Part shown: in pieces, positions 25,230 through 33,115 of the stretch
How the letters are laid out: each line of letters begins with the position of its first letter
Position numbering within the stretch: the stretch's first letter is position 1
IMG/VR virus record: IMGVR_UViG_3300045988_069369
Source of the DNA: a virus
Length of the DNA: 40,915 bases
Strand: one strand, 5' to 3'
Program-made: the position numbers and the translations under genes
Notes under the pieces: generated by a model
What the model was told of the DNA's origin: nothing
Seen by the model: only the letters and a program-made list of their open reading frames with translations
The model's database searches: none

Positions 25230-25765
25230 TCTTTCACCTCTTTTGCAAACTGCCATACTTCATATTTCTTTGTTTCTCCGCCGTCTCTAACAACTCCACA
25301 TGCCCAAGTTTGTGCTTTGTTAAAGTAATATGATGCTTGAGTCATACTTTCAAACTCTAATATCTCATCTGTTTCCTTTATTTTTACAAAACATTTCTTC
25401 TTATTACTTTCTGTAGCTTTAGTTTTTCTTGGTCTTAATCCAAGTTTATAAGCATGTTTCAAATTCTCACTTCGTGTTACCCACTCCAAATTTTTGGGGT
25501 GATTATTTGTCTTATCTCCATCTATATGATTAACTTCTATATAGTTGTGTGGGTTTTGGCAAAAATATTTAGCAACCAAAGAATGTGCTTGATAGGTTTT
25601 TCTTTTTCCGCTAGAAATTGATGTTAAAGTAACCCAACAATAACCCTTATTTCTGTGGACGCTTTGCTTTAATATTTTACCGTTTCTATTGTTTCTAAAT
25701 CTTCCAAAACTGGAAACTGAATAATTAGGAGAATCTTCTATAACTTTCCAAATTTCTTCCATCAT
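25226..25765 (-). CDS. HNH homing endonuclease (NUMOD4 plus HNH_3-type), with a C-terminal tail borrowed from a DUF1642 gene
   Basis: Track ORF trimmed to the ATG at 25765. It contains EIWKVIEDSPNYSVSSFGRFRN and NHIDGDKTNNHPKNLEWVTRSEN, and it ends ...YEVWQFAKEVKE like the paralog family. Confidence 0.8.
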   Translation of the reverse strand: MMEEIWKVIEDSPNYSVSSFGRFRNNRNGKILKQSVHRNKGYCWVTLTSISSGKRKTYQAHSLVAKYFCQNPHNYIEVNHIDGDKTNNHPKNLEWVTRSENLKHAYKLGLRPRKTKATESNKKKCFVKIKETDEILEFESMTQASYYFNKAQTWACGVVRDGGETKKYEVWQFAKEVKE

Positions 25766-25766
25766 T

Positions 25767-26306
25767 TTACTCCACTTCTTTCGCCCATCTAAATGCCCAT
25801 TCAAAATCTTCCTTGATTTCAGCTTCGGTGAGCTGGTTCTTGTTATATTCTTTCCAATCGTCAGCGAAATCGATTGACGTGCAACTAATCCAGTTATACA
25901 CCTCTACTTTCCCACTTGCATTTTTTCCGAGGTATGTTCTGCTATATTCATCACCATTCGGATTCGGTATTTCAACTGTATACAATTTTTCTTTCTCAAT
26001 TTCATAGCCATATAACCAAGCTTTTGCAAATAATTCACTATTATTACCCTTAAAACGCCAAAATGTCAATCTGTCGTCCATATCAGCATACGCACCATGT
26101 AGAGCATAAAATTTCTCATACTTACAATATTCAATATATTCCGCAACAAATTGTGGTACTACGACTTTTTTCTGTTCGTGGATTTGGGAGATAATACCTA
26201 ATACCTTGTTCTTATCAACCATGTCAATTCGTTGATGTGATACTGTATCGTTTATTTTAAGTGTACCTAAATTTTTAATTAGTTCAATTGCTTCTTGTTT
26301 ATTCAT
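25767..26306 (-). CDS. DUF1642-like phage protein, paralog 2
   Basis: Track ORF trimmed to MNKQEAIELIKN. It ends LTEAEIKEDFEWAFRWAKEVE. Confidence 0.7.
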   Translation of the reverse strand: MNKQEAIELIKNLGTLKINDTVSHQRIDMVDKNKVLGIISQIHEQKKVVVPQFVAEYIEYCKYEKFYALHGAYADMDDRLTFWRFKGNNSELFAKAWLYGYEIEKEKLYTVEIPNPNGDEYSRTYLGKNASGKVEVYNWISCTSIDFADDWKEYNKNQLTEAEIKEDFEWAFRWAKEVE

Positions 26307-26857
26307 TCTTTCACCTCTTTCGCCCATCTAAATGCCCACTCAAAATCTTTCTTGATTTCAGCTTCTGTCAATTGAGTATAATCTGATTCTTTCCAATTAA
26401 CATTTTCAGAGCTGATAAGTTTAATTTCTCCTATTGCATTCCGTGTAAGGATAATATGGTAGTAACCACCATTGTTTGGTAGTTCAACAGTATACAACTT
26501 ATCTTTGTTAACTTCATATCCGTAAAGATTCATCTTAGCAAGAGTCTCAATTGGCTTATTATCATCACAGTCGAACCAATATTTTATCTTACCTTCCAGA
26601 TTACAAGTATAAAGATTTACACAAAGATCGTATACTCCAACTTCAAAATCATCTTTGATTGATTCATAGAAGTCTGCAACGAATTGTGGAACAACTGGTT
26701 TTTCTGGTTCATCAATTTGTTCAACAACTTTGATAGAATCTTTAAGTCCTTCGCATAATCCATTTTTATGACCCTTACCCCAGTTATTTGGAGCATATGT
26801 ATTTTCAGCCTGATTTTTCTTACAGTGGAGTTTTTTAATTGCTTCTTTTTTATTCAT
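26303..26857 (-). CDS. DUF1642-like phage protein, paralog 3
   Basis: Track ORF trimmed to MNKKEAIKKL. It ends LTEAEIKKDFEWAFRWAKEVKE. Confidence 0.7.
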   Translation of the reverse strand: MNKKEAIKKLHCKKNQAENTYAPNNWGKGHKNGLCEGLKDSIKVVEQIDEPEKPVVPQFVADFYESIKDDFEVGVYDLCVNLYTCNLEGKIKYWFDCDDNKPIETLAKMNLYGYEVNKDKLYTVELPNNGGYYHIILTRNAIGEIKLISSENVNWKESDYTQLTEAEIKKDFEWAFRWAKEVKE

Positions 26858-27396
26858 TTTATAACCTCTTTCGCAAATTGCCACAAACGTTCATCCTTCT
26901 GTTTGATTTCTTGCTCTGTGAGCAAGTGCACTTTCCCGTATCTTATTTTATCTGCAAAATTAAACAAAAGTTTCCCTTCTTTACTCTTCCATAATTGAAT
27001 AAATCCATTTCTCCCATCATCTGGAATAGCTACCACATACTGTTGCTCATGCTCAACTTCATATCCGAAAAGTTTCATTTTCACAAGCGTCTCTATACAT
27101 TTGTTATTATCATCATTAAACCATCCATGCAAACCTGCACACAATTTCTGTTCACGGAAGTCTATACAAAGCTTGTATAAGTTATATTCGAGGTCTCCTT
27201 TATTTTCTTCATACCAATCCGCCACAAATTGATGGACTACAGGCTTTTCTGGCTCATTAAGAAAGCAAGAATTACATAAAGCGTTGCCTTTTGCTTCTTC
27301 AAAGCCTGCTTCATAAGCCTCGTTAAGAGTTATAGCAGTAAAGAATTTTGGAGGTTTCATATTTTTTATCGTTTGTTGAAATTCTTGTTTATTCAT
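26854..27396 (-). CDS. DUF1642-like phage protein, paralog 4
   Basis: Track ORF. It starts MNKQEFQQTIKN and ends LTEQEIKQKDERLWQFAKEVIK. Confidence 0.7.
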   Translation of the reverse strand: MNKQEFQQTIKNMKPPKFFTAITLNEAYEAGFEEAKGNALCNSCFLNEPEKPVVHQFVADWYEENKGDLEYNLYKLCIDFREQKLCAGLHGWFNDDNNKCIETLVKMKLFGYEVEHEQQYVVAIPDDGRNGFIQLWKSKEGKLLFNFADKIRYGKVHLLTEQEIKQKDERLWQFAKEVIK

Positions 27397-27739
27397 TGTC
27401 AGACTCCTCTTTAATTAATTTATCTAAATAATATCTTGCTTTCTTCAAATCTTCCACACCGTTCTTCCTTTGAAAACGTAAGATATATTTAACAACATTG
27501 CACCAATAGCTTGCTGCCATCCCTTTTAATTCTTGAATGAAGGCTTCCTGAACATCAAACACTTCGAAACCTTTATCGGTTACATAATGGCTCGGACTAG
27601 TTATGTTGTTTTTTCCTTTGATTTGCAAGTGCCCTTCACCATCTCGGATAATTTGCCCGTTTGTCGTTACAAGTTTGTTGTTGACTTTTTTCATTAATTC
27701 TTGAAATATTTCATCTGCTTCTTTAAAATTATTTGTCAT
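27389..27739 (-). CDS. DUF3310-like phage protein
   Basis: Track ORF. SPSHY...NVVKYILRFQRKNGVEDLKKARYYLDKLI resembles the DUF3310 signature as I recall it. Confidence 0.6.
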   Translation of the reverse strand: MTNNFKEADEIFQELMKKVNNKLVTTNGQIIRDGEGHLQIKGKNNITSPSHYVTDKGFEVFDVQEAFIQELKGMAASYWCNVVKYILRFQRKNGVEDLKKARYYLDKLIKEESDNE

Positions 27740-27740
27740 A

Positions 27741-28466
27741 TTAATCTTCTCCTAAACTCCCTAATTCATTAATTTTTCTAATATAATATTGAGTTAACAG
27801 ACGTTTGGTTTTAGGGTCTGAAATCTTATCTTCACTGTCGTCTGTAACCTCGTCCTCTGGGAACATTGTGATTAGCCCAGAATCGATGCGATCATATAGT
27901 GTTGACCAACTGATATGAAAATAGGCCAGTGCTTGCTGTTTCGTTCCGTAAAATTCATCACCTGTTTCAGTGTTTGTGAAAGTACGTAAGCCTTTCGCGC
28001 CGATTAACGTTTTCGTTACGCTCCCCCTGCTTGTACGATTAAGCAAAGCTGATTTGGTCAAACCCCATGCATCGCAGCATTCACTAATTGAACCTTCAAA
28101 AACTTCGCCCGTCTTATTATCTTCAAAACGATAGATGTTGCGTTTTCTTTGTGCTTTCTTTTGCCATTTTAGGTTTTCAGCGCAAATGTTATCCGGATTT
28201 CCATCAACACATACTAATTTCTCGTCAGACTTTGGCTCTCCTAAAAACGCATCTGCCACAAGTTTTTTTAGTGTAAAAGTCTTGCTTTTTCCGTCTCGGA
28301 AAAATGTAACTTTTTTAGCGTTTTGTATTTTTTTCACACTCATGATTTTACTTTTTCGATGTTGCCCACGAGCATCTATACGTTCAACGCTTCGTACACG
28401 TCCTTTATTTGATACTTCGTAAAATCCTTCATAGTCTTTGACAGGTTTCCAAACCTCATTCTTCAT
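27741..28466 (-). CDS. HNH-family homing endonuclease homolog (NUMOD4 plus degenerate HNH plus two NUMOD1-like HTH repeats)
   Basis: Track ORF. It contains EVWKPVKDYEGFYEVSNKGRVRSV. The HNH position reads CVDGNPDNICAENLKW, with Val where the first His is expected. It also has repeats TGEVFEGSISECCDAWGLTKSALLNR and TGDEFYGTKQQALAYFHISWSTLYDR. Confidence 0.7.
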   Translation of the reverse strand: MKNEVWKPVKDYEGFYEVSNKGRVRSVERIDARGQHRKSKIMSVKKIQNAKKVTFFRDGKSKTFTLKKLVADAFLGEPKSDEKLVCVDGNPDNICAENLKWQKKAQRKRNIYRFEDNKTGEVFEGSISECCDAWGLTKSALLNRTSRGSVTKTLIGAKGLRTFTNTETGDEFYGTKQQALAYFHISWSTLYDRIDSGLITMFPEDEVTDDSEDKISDPKTKRLLTQYYIRKINELGSLGED

Positions 28467-28529
28467 TATTGTCTTCCTCCGTTTTATCTCACTGTCTAAA
28501 AGACGCTATCAGAAATTAGCTATTGTTTA

Positions 28530-28730
28530 TTATTTATACAAAGGTATTGTATAATTTTCGAGATAAATTTTGACCCTATCATCGTTAATATCGATTAAAT
28601 CAACGATATGTGATAGTTTGTCTGTGATGTCATCTTCACCATATTCAAACGTTTCACAATTATCAACAATAATAATTGAGTTGTTGTTTGACATATAGAA
28701 CAAATCAATAATATCTCTCAATTCAATCAT
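28530..28730 (-). CDS. Hypothetical protein (66 aa), paralog of 22406..22591
   Basis: Track ORF. Its ATG overlaps the stop of the C5-methyltransferase relic (ATGA). Confidence 0.6.
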   Translation of the reverse strand: MIELRDIIDLFYMSNNNSIIIVDNCETFEYGEDDITDKLSHIVDLIDINDDRVKIYLENYTIPLYK

Positions 28731-28894
28731 TTGTCTAACCTTTCCGCTATGATTTTAATCACGTTCACTGTCACGCTGTTTCCAGCTTGTTTATATAATT
28801 GGCTATTGCTATTCACTTCTTGCGCTTTGTCAAACGCCCAATCAGGGAAACCTTTGCAAGCGCCGATTCCTGAAAATAAATCTAAGAATTTCAC
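28727..28894 (-). pseudogene. Relic of a C5-cytosine DNA methyltransferase: motif I fused to the motif IX-X region, catalytic core deleted
   Basis: Own translation from the GTG at 28894 behind AAAGAGGT: (M)KFLDLFSGIGACKGFPDWAFDKAQEVNSNSQLYKQAGNSVTVNVIKIIAERLDK. FxDLFSGIG is motif I, and GFPD...YKQ.GNSV is the C-terminal motif region. No PC(Q) catalytic motif is present. Confidence 0.65.
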
Positions 28895-29145
28895 TATTCT
28901 ACCTCTTTATACGTTTTCTCGAAAATACTTTTGCGGCATACATAACATTCGCCAGTTTCGTTCTTGATAAGATAATCACCATCTGAGAAACGCATTTTTC
29001 CCTCAAGAGTATCAATCGAATGTCTTATTGGTCCATAGCCAAAAATAATTCTTTGCAGAAAAGCAAATTCTTCAACTTTCTTGTGATTAAACTTAGTTAC
29101 CTGAATAGCTTCAACGGGTGTTACTTTAATATATCTTTTAACCAT
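28894..29145 (-). CDS. Hypothetical protein (83 aa)
   Basis: Track ORF in a tightly packed gene string. Confidence 0.55.
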   Translation of the reverse strand: MVKRYIKVTPVEAIQVTKFNHKKVEEFAFLQRIIFGYGPIRHSIDTLEGKMRFSDGDYLIKNETGECYVCRKSIFEKTYKEVE

Positions 29146-29303
29146 TCCTTTGCCTCCGTAATTTCCAATTTGTCAAAAGTCATATCTGTCATGTAGTAAT
29201 CTTTTTCTATTGCCCTTAGTGCTTCACTAAAATCACTCGCCATGACAGTGAACCAAAATACAGGGCTGCCTTCCTCAAAACCGACTACTTGATAGCGTTT
29301 CAT
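29121..29303 (-). CDS. Hypothetical protein (60 aa)
   Basis: Track ORF with a 4-nt overlap on the upstream gene. Confidence 0.5.
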   Translation of the reverse strand: MKRYQVVGFEEGSPVFWFTVMASDFSEALRAIEKDYYMTDMTFDKLEITEAKEWLKDILK

Positions 29304-29647
29304 CGTTTTACCTCGATTTTATTTAGTTTAGCTAGTTTGTCCCACATACCGCCAGCAAGACGACTAACTTCCTTAATTTCACTAATTTGCTTTGGCTTTT
29401 CTTTATATTCCCACCATTCGCTACCGTCGTATTCGTGACGTTCAATCCACCAATTATCACCAACAACAACTAAATCATCTGCCACTTCAGCAGCGCCAAA
29501 CCCTGAATGGTATTTAGACTTCTTTGCGACTCGTTCAAAATTTTCTTTTGTAATTCCAAAATTTGCACCTTGAATATATTTAACATCATCAAAAGATTTG
29601 CCATGAATCGTTAACTCTGATATTGTTTCTTCCCATAAATTAGTCAT
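29300..29647 (-). CDS. Hypothetical protein (115 aa)
   Basis: Track ORF trimmed to the ATG at 29647 (MTNLWEET...), which lies inside the last codons of paralog 5 behind AAAGAGGTGG. Confidence 0.55.
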   Translation of the reverse strand: MTNLWEETISELTIHGKSFDDVKYIQGANFGITKENFERVAKKSKYHSGFGAAEVADDLVVVGDNWWIERHEYDGSEWWEYKEKPKQISEIKEVSRLAGGMWDKLAKLNKIEVKR

Positions 29648-30230
29648 TTTCCACCTCTTTCGCCCATCTAAACGCCCAGCCAAAATCTTTCTTGATTTCT
29701 GACTCGGTTAATTGATAAGCTTCATTATTTCTCCAATTATCATCATAGTCATAAACCCTTAACATCACAATTTGGTTAAATCCATTTTTCATAAGCACGT
29801 TGCGTTCGTTTCCGATCTTGTTCGGATTCGGTATCTCAACCGTATACAGTTTCTTTTTTTCGATTTCATAACCATAAAGAATAGCATTTGTAAGTCGTTC
29901 TTTTTCTGCATGAATTACATGAGAATAGTGTTTCAATTCAACCTCTCTGTCCTCGCGGTCATTGTCATATGAGAAACCATAGCCAAATCCAGCTCTTGTG
30001 ACGAAGTAAAGCATGCTGTACTTTGTCCAAAATGGTCTGCGTTTTTGCTCGTCTTTAAGCCCCTCAACCCATTCTGCTTCTTCTTCAGTTAACACTGGCT
30101 TTTTCTGCTCATCAAGCTTTTCAACAATGTCTAATGCGACGTCTAAAGCGTTATTACGATTTAAGTCTTCCCACGAGTTGAAAGGGCTTTTTTCTTTTTT
30201 TATTTTCTCAATTACTTCTTGTTTATTCAT
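29640..30230 (-). CDS. DUF1642-like phage protein, paralog 5
   Basis: Track ORF trimmed to MNKQEVIEKIKK. It ends LTESEIKKDFGWAFRWAKEVEND. Confidence 0.7.
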   Translation of the reverse strand: MNKQEVIEKIKKEKSPFNSWEDLNRNNALDVALDIVEKLDEQKKPVLTEEEAEWVEGLKDEQKRRPFWTKYSMLYFVTRAGFGYGFSYDNDREDREVELKHYSHVIHAEKERLTNAILYGYEIEKKKLYTVEIPNPNKIGNERNVLMKNGFNQIVMLRVYDYDDNWRNNEAYQLTESEIKKDFGWAFRWAKEVEND

Positions 30231-30385
30231 ATTTTCCCCTAATTCTTTCAAATCTGTTTTGAATTTATCTATTTCTATTTGTATTTGCCAGCTAAATCAA
30301 ATGGTTTACTATTTTCAATTCGTCGTAAACCGCCTTCTCGTTGTCTCTATGGCGTTTTAGAATGTTTCAAATGTAATTATACTAG

Positions 30386-30634
30386 CTACCTGAAAGACGC
30401 AAGGATAAACTCTCTATTTAACACACGCTTAACTTCTGGCGAAGAAATCTTTTCACCATTTGTCATAATATCGTTTTCTTTGCTTCCAATCAGTTTTCGC
30501 TCAAGTCGACCAGATTTTTTCCATTTTTCGAGTGAGCTTTTGCATACATCGAAATATTCCACAGCCTCGCTTATCGTCCCCTCAAATCGTCTGCCTGTTT
30601 TAATATCGTGATAGCTATATGTTTTTACTCTCAT
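30386..30634 (-). CDS. Stand-alone NUMOD1/IENR1-like HTH protein (homing-endonuclease DNA-binding module without a nuclease)
   Basis: Track ORF. TGRRFEGTISEAVEYFDVCKSSLEKWKKSG aligns with the two repeats in 27741..28466. Confidence 0.5.
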   Translation of the reverse strand: MRVKTYSYHDIKTGRRFEGTISEAVEYFDVCKSSLEKWKKSGRLERKLIGSKENDIMTNGEKISSPEVKRVLNREFILASFR

Positions 30635-30884
30635 TCATTAATACCTTCATACGTTTTAAAACTGCACTGTCATATTTTGGCATTTTGGCCAAATCAAGAT
30701 ATTTTCTTGCTTCATTTGGTGTAATATTAAGCATTTCTGCAATTTCGACGTTGCTCCTTAAATGGTGCTTATGCGTCCATTCTTTGAATTTCATCAATAC
30801 ATCGAGCGAGCATTCTTCGTGTCGTTCGTTCCAGATAACACAACATTTTGGTGCTCGTTTATTTGCCATTTTAATCATTCTCAT
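30615..30884 (-). CDS. Hypothetical protein, possible HTH (start uncertain: 30884 or 30869)
   Basis: The upstream part of the track ORF begins at a TTG inside rusA. In-frame ATGs lie at 30884 and 30869. Confidence 0.5.
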   Translation of the reverse strand: MRMIKMANKRAPKCCVIWNERHEECSLDVLMKFKEWTHKHHLRSNVEIAEMLNITPNEARKYLDLAKMPKYDSAVLKRMKVLMNESKNI

Positions 30885-31332
30885 ATTCTTCAACTTCCTC
30901 AATTTCAATCTCGATTCGTGGATTTGGACTATATAATTTCCTAGCTCTTAAATCACAGACGATGTTGTCGTCAGACCAAACGATTTCAGATTTTGAAATA
31001 CTATCAAACAGTGATTTGATTAGGTTGTCCACGTCGGCCTTTTTAATGTGCCACAGACGCTCTGAAATATATTTTGAATATAATTGCTTAGCTTTATCTT
31101 TCGCACGCTCTGACGGCTTCCTAGACACGTTCTGAGGTGCTTTCATGTAAAATGTTACTTTTACACAAACAGCACCATCAAAATAGCGTCCGTTATAATT
31201 CTCTTTAATATAATTTGTAACCTGCTTTCGCCATCTCATCATTTTAGGGTCTTCATAAACTGCCGCATGTCGTCCTCTGATTGTGGCTCGTGGTCTTGAT
31301 TGTGGCTTTGGTTCAAATGGAATTAAAAACAT
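30871..31332 (-). CDS. rusA: RusA-family Holliday junction resolvase
   Basis: Track ORF. The N-terminus FLIPFEPKPQSRPRATIRGRHAAVY is typical of RusA. Confidence 0.8.
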   Translation of the reverse strand: MFLIPFEPKPQSRPRATIRGRHAAVYEDPKMMRWRKQVTNYIKENYNGRYFDGAVCVKVTFYMKAPQNVSRKPSERAKDKAKQLYSKYISERLWHIKKADVDNLIKSLFDSISKSEIVWSDDNIVCDLRARKLYSPNPRIEIEIEEVEEYEND

Positions 31333-31342
31333 CTATACCCCC

Positions 31343-31786
31343 TTAAAACGGTAGGTCATCATCTGAGATATCCATTGGATTTGAATTCCCAAATGAATTT
31401 CCTTGCTGCATATAGCCATTTTGTTGTGATTGCTGGTTGTAGCCGCTCGATTTCCCTTGCTGATTATCGTTCTTACTGCCCAGCAATTCAACATGTTCAG
31501 CTACGACCTCAGTTACATATACACGCTGTCCCTGCTGATTTTCGTAGTTCCGTGTCTGAATACGCCCAGTAATTCCAATTTGCGAACCTTTACCACAATA
31601 CTGAGCAATAATTTCTGCCGTTTGTCTCCAAGCCACAATATTAATAAAATCTGCTTCACGTTCACCGTTTTGATTTTTGAATGCGCGGTTCACAGCAAGC
31701 GTCCCTGTTAATACGCTTGTGTTACCCGCCGTTTGTTTTAGTTCTGGTGCTTTAGTTAATCGACCAATTAAATTTACGTTATTCAT
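31343..31786 (-). CDS. ssb: Single-stranded DNA-binding protein
   Basis: Track [20 protein letters not shown]..., an OB-fold core, a Gln/Gly-rich linker, and the acidic tail DISDDDLPF. Confidence 0.92.
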   Translation of the reverse strand: MNNVNLIGRLTKAPELKQTAGNTSVLTGTLAVNRAFKNQNGEREADFINIVAWRQTAEIIAQYCGKGSQIGITGRIQTRNYENQQGQRVYVTEVVAEHVELLGSKNDNQQGKSSGYNQQSQQNGYMQQGNSFGNSNPMDISDDDLPF

Positions 31787-31801
31787 TTTAGATACCTGCC
31801 T

Positions 31802-32431
31802 TTATCTATTTTCTTTTGCTTTCAAAATATCGTTTTTCATCTGCTCCATTGCTGCTGTTTTAGCTTCTGTTGATTTCTCCAATCCTTTTTCATCCATAAA
31901 ATCTTTAACATAAGCTGCAATATCTTCTTGTGTTTTACCTAAATCAATCAATTGACTAAATAGTTTGTTTGCTTTAACAGATAACTCCGATTTTTGAGCT
32001 GGTCTTTTTTGCGACCTCTGATTATTCACTTGTTCGTAATTTACCGCTCCATTTCCATCATCATCTTTATCACTTGTAATGCCAAAGATAGCACTTAACG
32101 CATAGCGCTTAGCATATGTAATCGCCGAACCACAACCTTGAATGTTGTTCTTGTCTGGCTTTAATCTTAGCGGTTCGTATTCAATCCATTCACCGCTTGA
32201 GTGCATAACAAGTGTTGTTACGCTAACTACACCATCAATAACAGTTGGTTCTTGAGAGTAGCTTAATCCGTTCTTAGTAGCAACGTCCGTAATACTTTGT
32301 GCGACATTTTCTAAAGGCACGTAAGTGCTATTAAAAAATGGATTTTCAGCATTTTTCAAGGGTTGTTTCATTTCTTGCTGTGTTTTAGCAAATGCTTTTG
32401 CTAGTTCTGAAATACTTTCTGACTTTTTCAT
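31802..32431 (-). CDS. Erf-family single-strand annealing recombinase
   Basis: Track ORF trimmed to the ATG at 32431, which overlaps the upstream TAA. ...NAENPFFNSTYVPLENV...AITYAKRYALSAIFGI... is Erf-like. Confidence 0.75.
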   Translation of the reverse strand: MKKSESISELAKAFAKTQQEMKQPLKNAENPFFNSTYVPLENVAQSITDVATKNGLSYSQEPTVIDGVVSVTTLVMHSSGEWIEYEPLRLKPDKNNIQGCGSAITYAKRYALSAIFGITSDKDDDGNGAVNYEQVNNQRSQKRPAQKSELSVKANKLFSQLIDLGKTQEDIAAYVKDFMDEKGLEKSTEAKTAAMEQMKNDILKAKENR

Positions 32432-32778
32432 TATTTCACGCTTCTTTCTAGCATAATGTCGCACAATTTTTCTTCGACGTCATAGCTTTGGCGTCGTTGC
32501 TTACGTTCTTCTTGAATTTGTCGCTGTTTCTCATCGATTAATGTTTTTACGTCTTCTGTTTCAAATTGGCTTTGCTCATTTGCAAGAGCTTCTTTGATTA
32601 AAATTTCAATCTTATTAACCAATTCTGTATTAAAGCTTTGCCATTTAACTTCAATCAGTTCATCTTCTTTATATTTTGGTAGTTGAATGTAGCCAAGCTT
32701 TTGATGAAAATATTCAGCGCTTGTGTATTCCCCAAACTTAGCAACCAAATTCATGTCTTTGTCAATAAATAATCGCAT
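32431..32778 (-). CDS. Hypothetical protein (115 aa)
   Basis: Track ORF. Confidence 0.55.
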   Translation of the reverse strand: MRLFIDKDMNLVAKFGEYTSAEYFHQKLGYIQLPKYKEDELIEVKWQSFNTELVNKIEILIKEALANEQSQFETEDVKTLIDEKQRQIQEERKQRRQSYDVEEKLCDIMLERSVK

Positions 32779-32952
32779 CTAGCGTCTTCCTTTCGTTTCC
32801 TTCAAATATTTCTTGAAATCATTCAATATATTTTCGTATAGCGCATCTTCGTATGCTTCGATTTTGACTTCATAATTTTCGAGCTCAGCATAACAGCGAT
32901 TAACTTCGTCCTCTAGAAAGCTAATTCTATTTAACAAGCTCTGTACGTCCAT
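32779..32952 (-). CDS. Small hypothetical coiled-coil protein (57 aa), below the track cut-off
   Basis: Own translation: MDVQSLLNRISFLEDEVNRCYAELENYEVKIEAYEDALYENILNDFKKYLKETKGRR. AGAGGGG lies upstream, and the stop abuts the next ATG (TAGATG). Confidence 0.5.
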   Translation of the reverse strand: MDVQSLLNRISFLEDEVNRCYAELENYEVKIEAYEDALYENILNDFKKYLKETKGRR

Positions 32953-32962
32953 ATTTTCCCCT

Positions 32963-33115
32963 CTAGTAAACTATTTTCTTTAGTTGATACATTTTACTGT
33001 CTCTTGCTAACTTCGCTATTAGAGCCTCTGTATTTAGCTTTAAAAGCATGTCTCTAATTTCCTTTGAGTAATTGTAATAATTTTGTTCAAATTGCTGGAT
33101 AAGCAGCTCGTTCAT
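32963..33115 (-). CDS. Small hypothetical protein (50 aa), below the track cut-off
   Basis: Own translation: MNELLIQQFEQNYYNYSKEIRDMLLKLNTEALIAKLARDSKMYQLKKIVY. Its ATG overlaps the upstream stop. Confidence 0.45.
   Translation of the reverse strand: MNELLIQQFEQNYYNYSKEIRDMLLKLNTEALIAKLARDSKMYQLKKIVY

Noticed and set aside
25226-28466. Group I intron(s) carrying the HNH genes
   Set aside because: The flanking ORFs are complete, separate paralogs with their own SD and start signals, not two halves of a split gene. I could not draw the conserved P3-P8 intron core in the short flanks. I interpret these as free-standing homing endonuclease genes.
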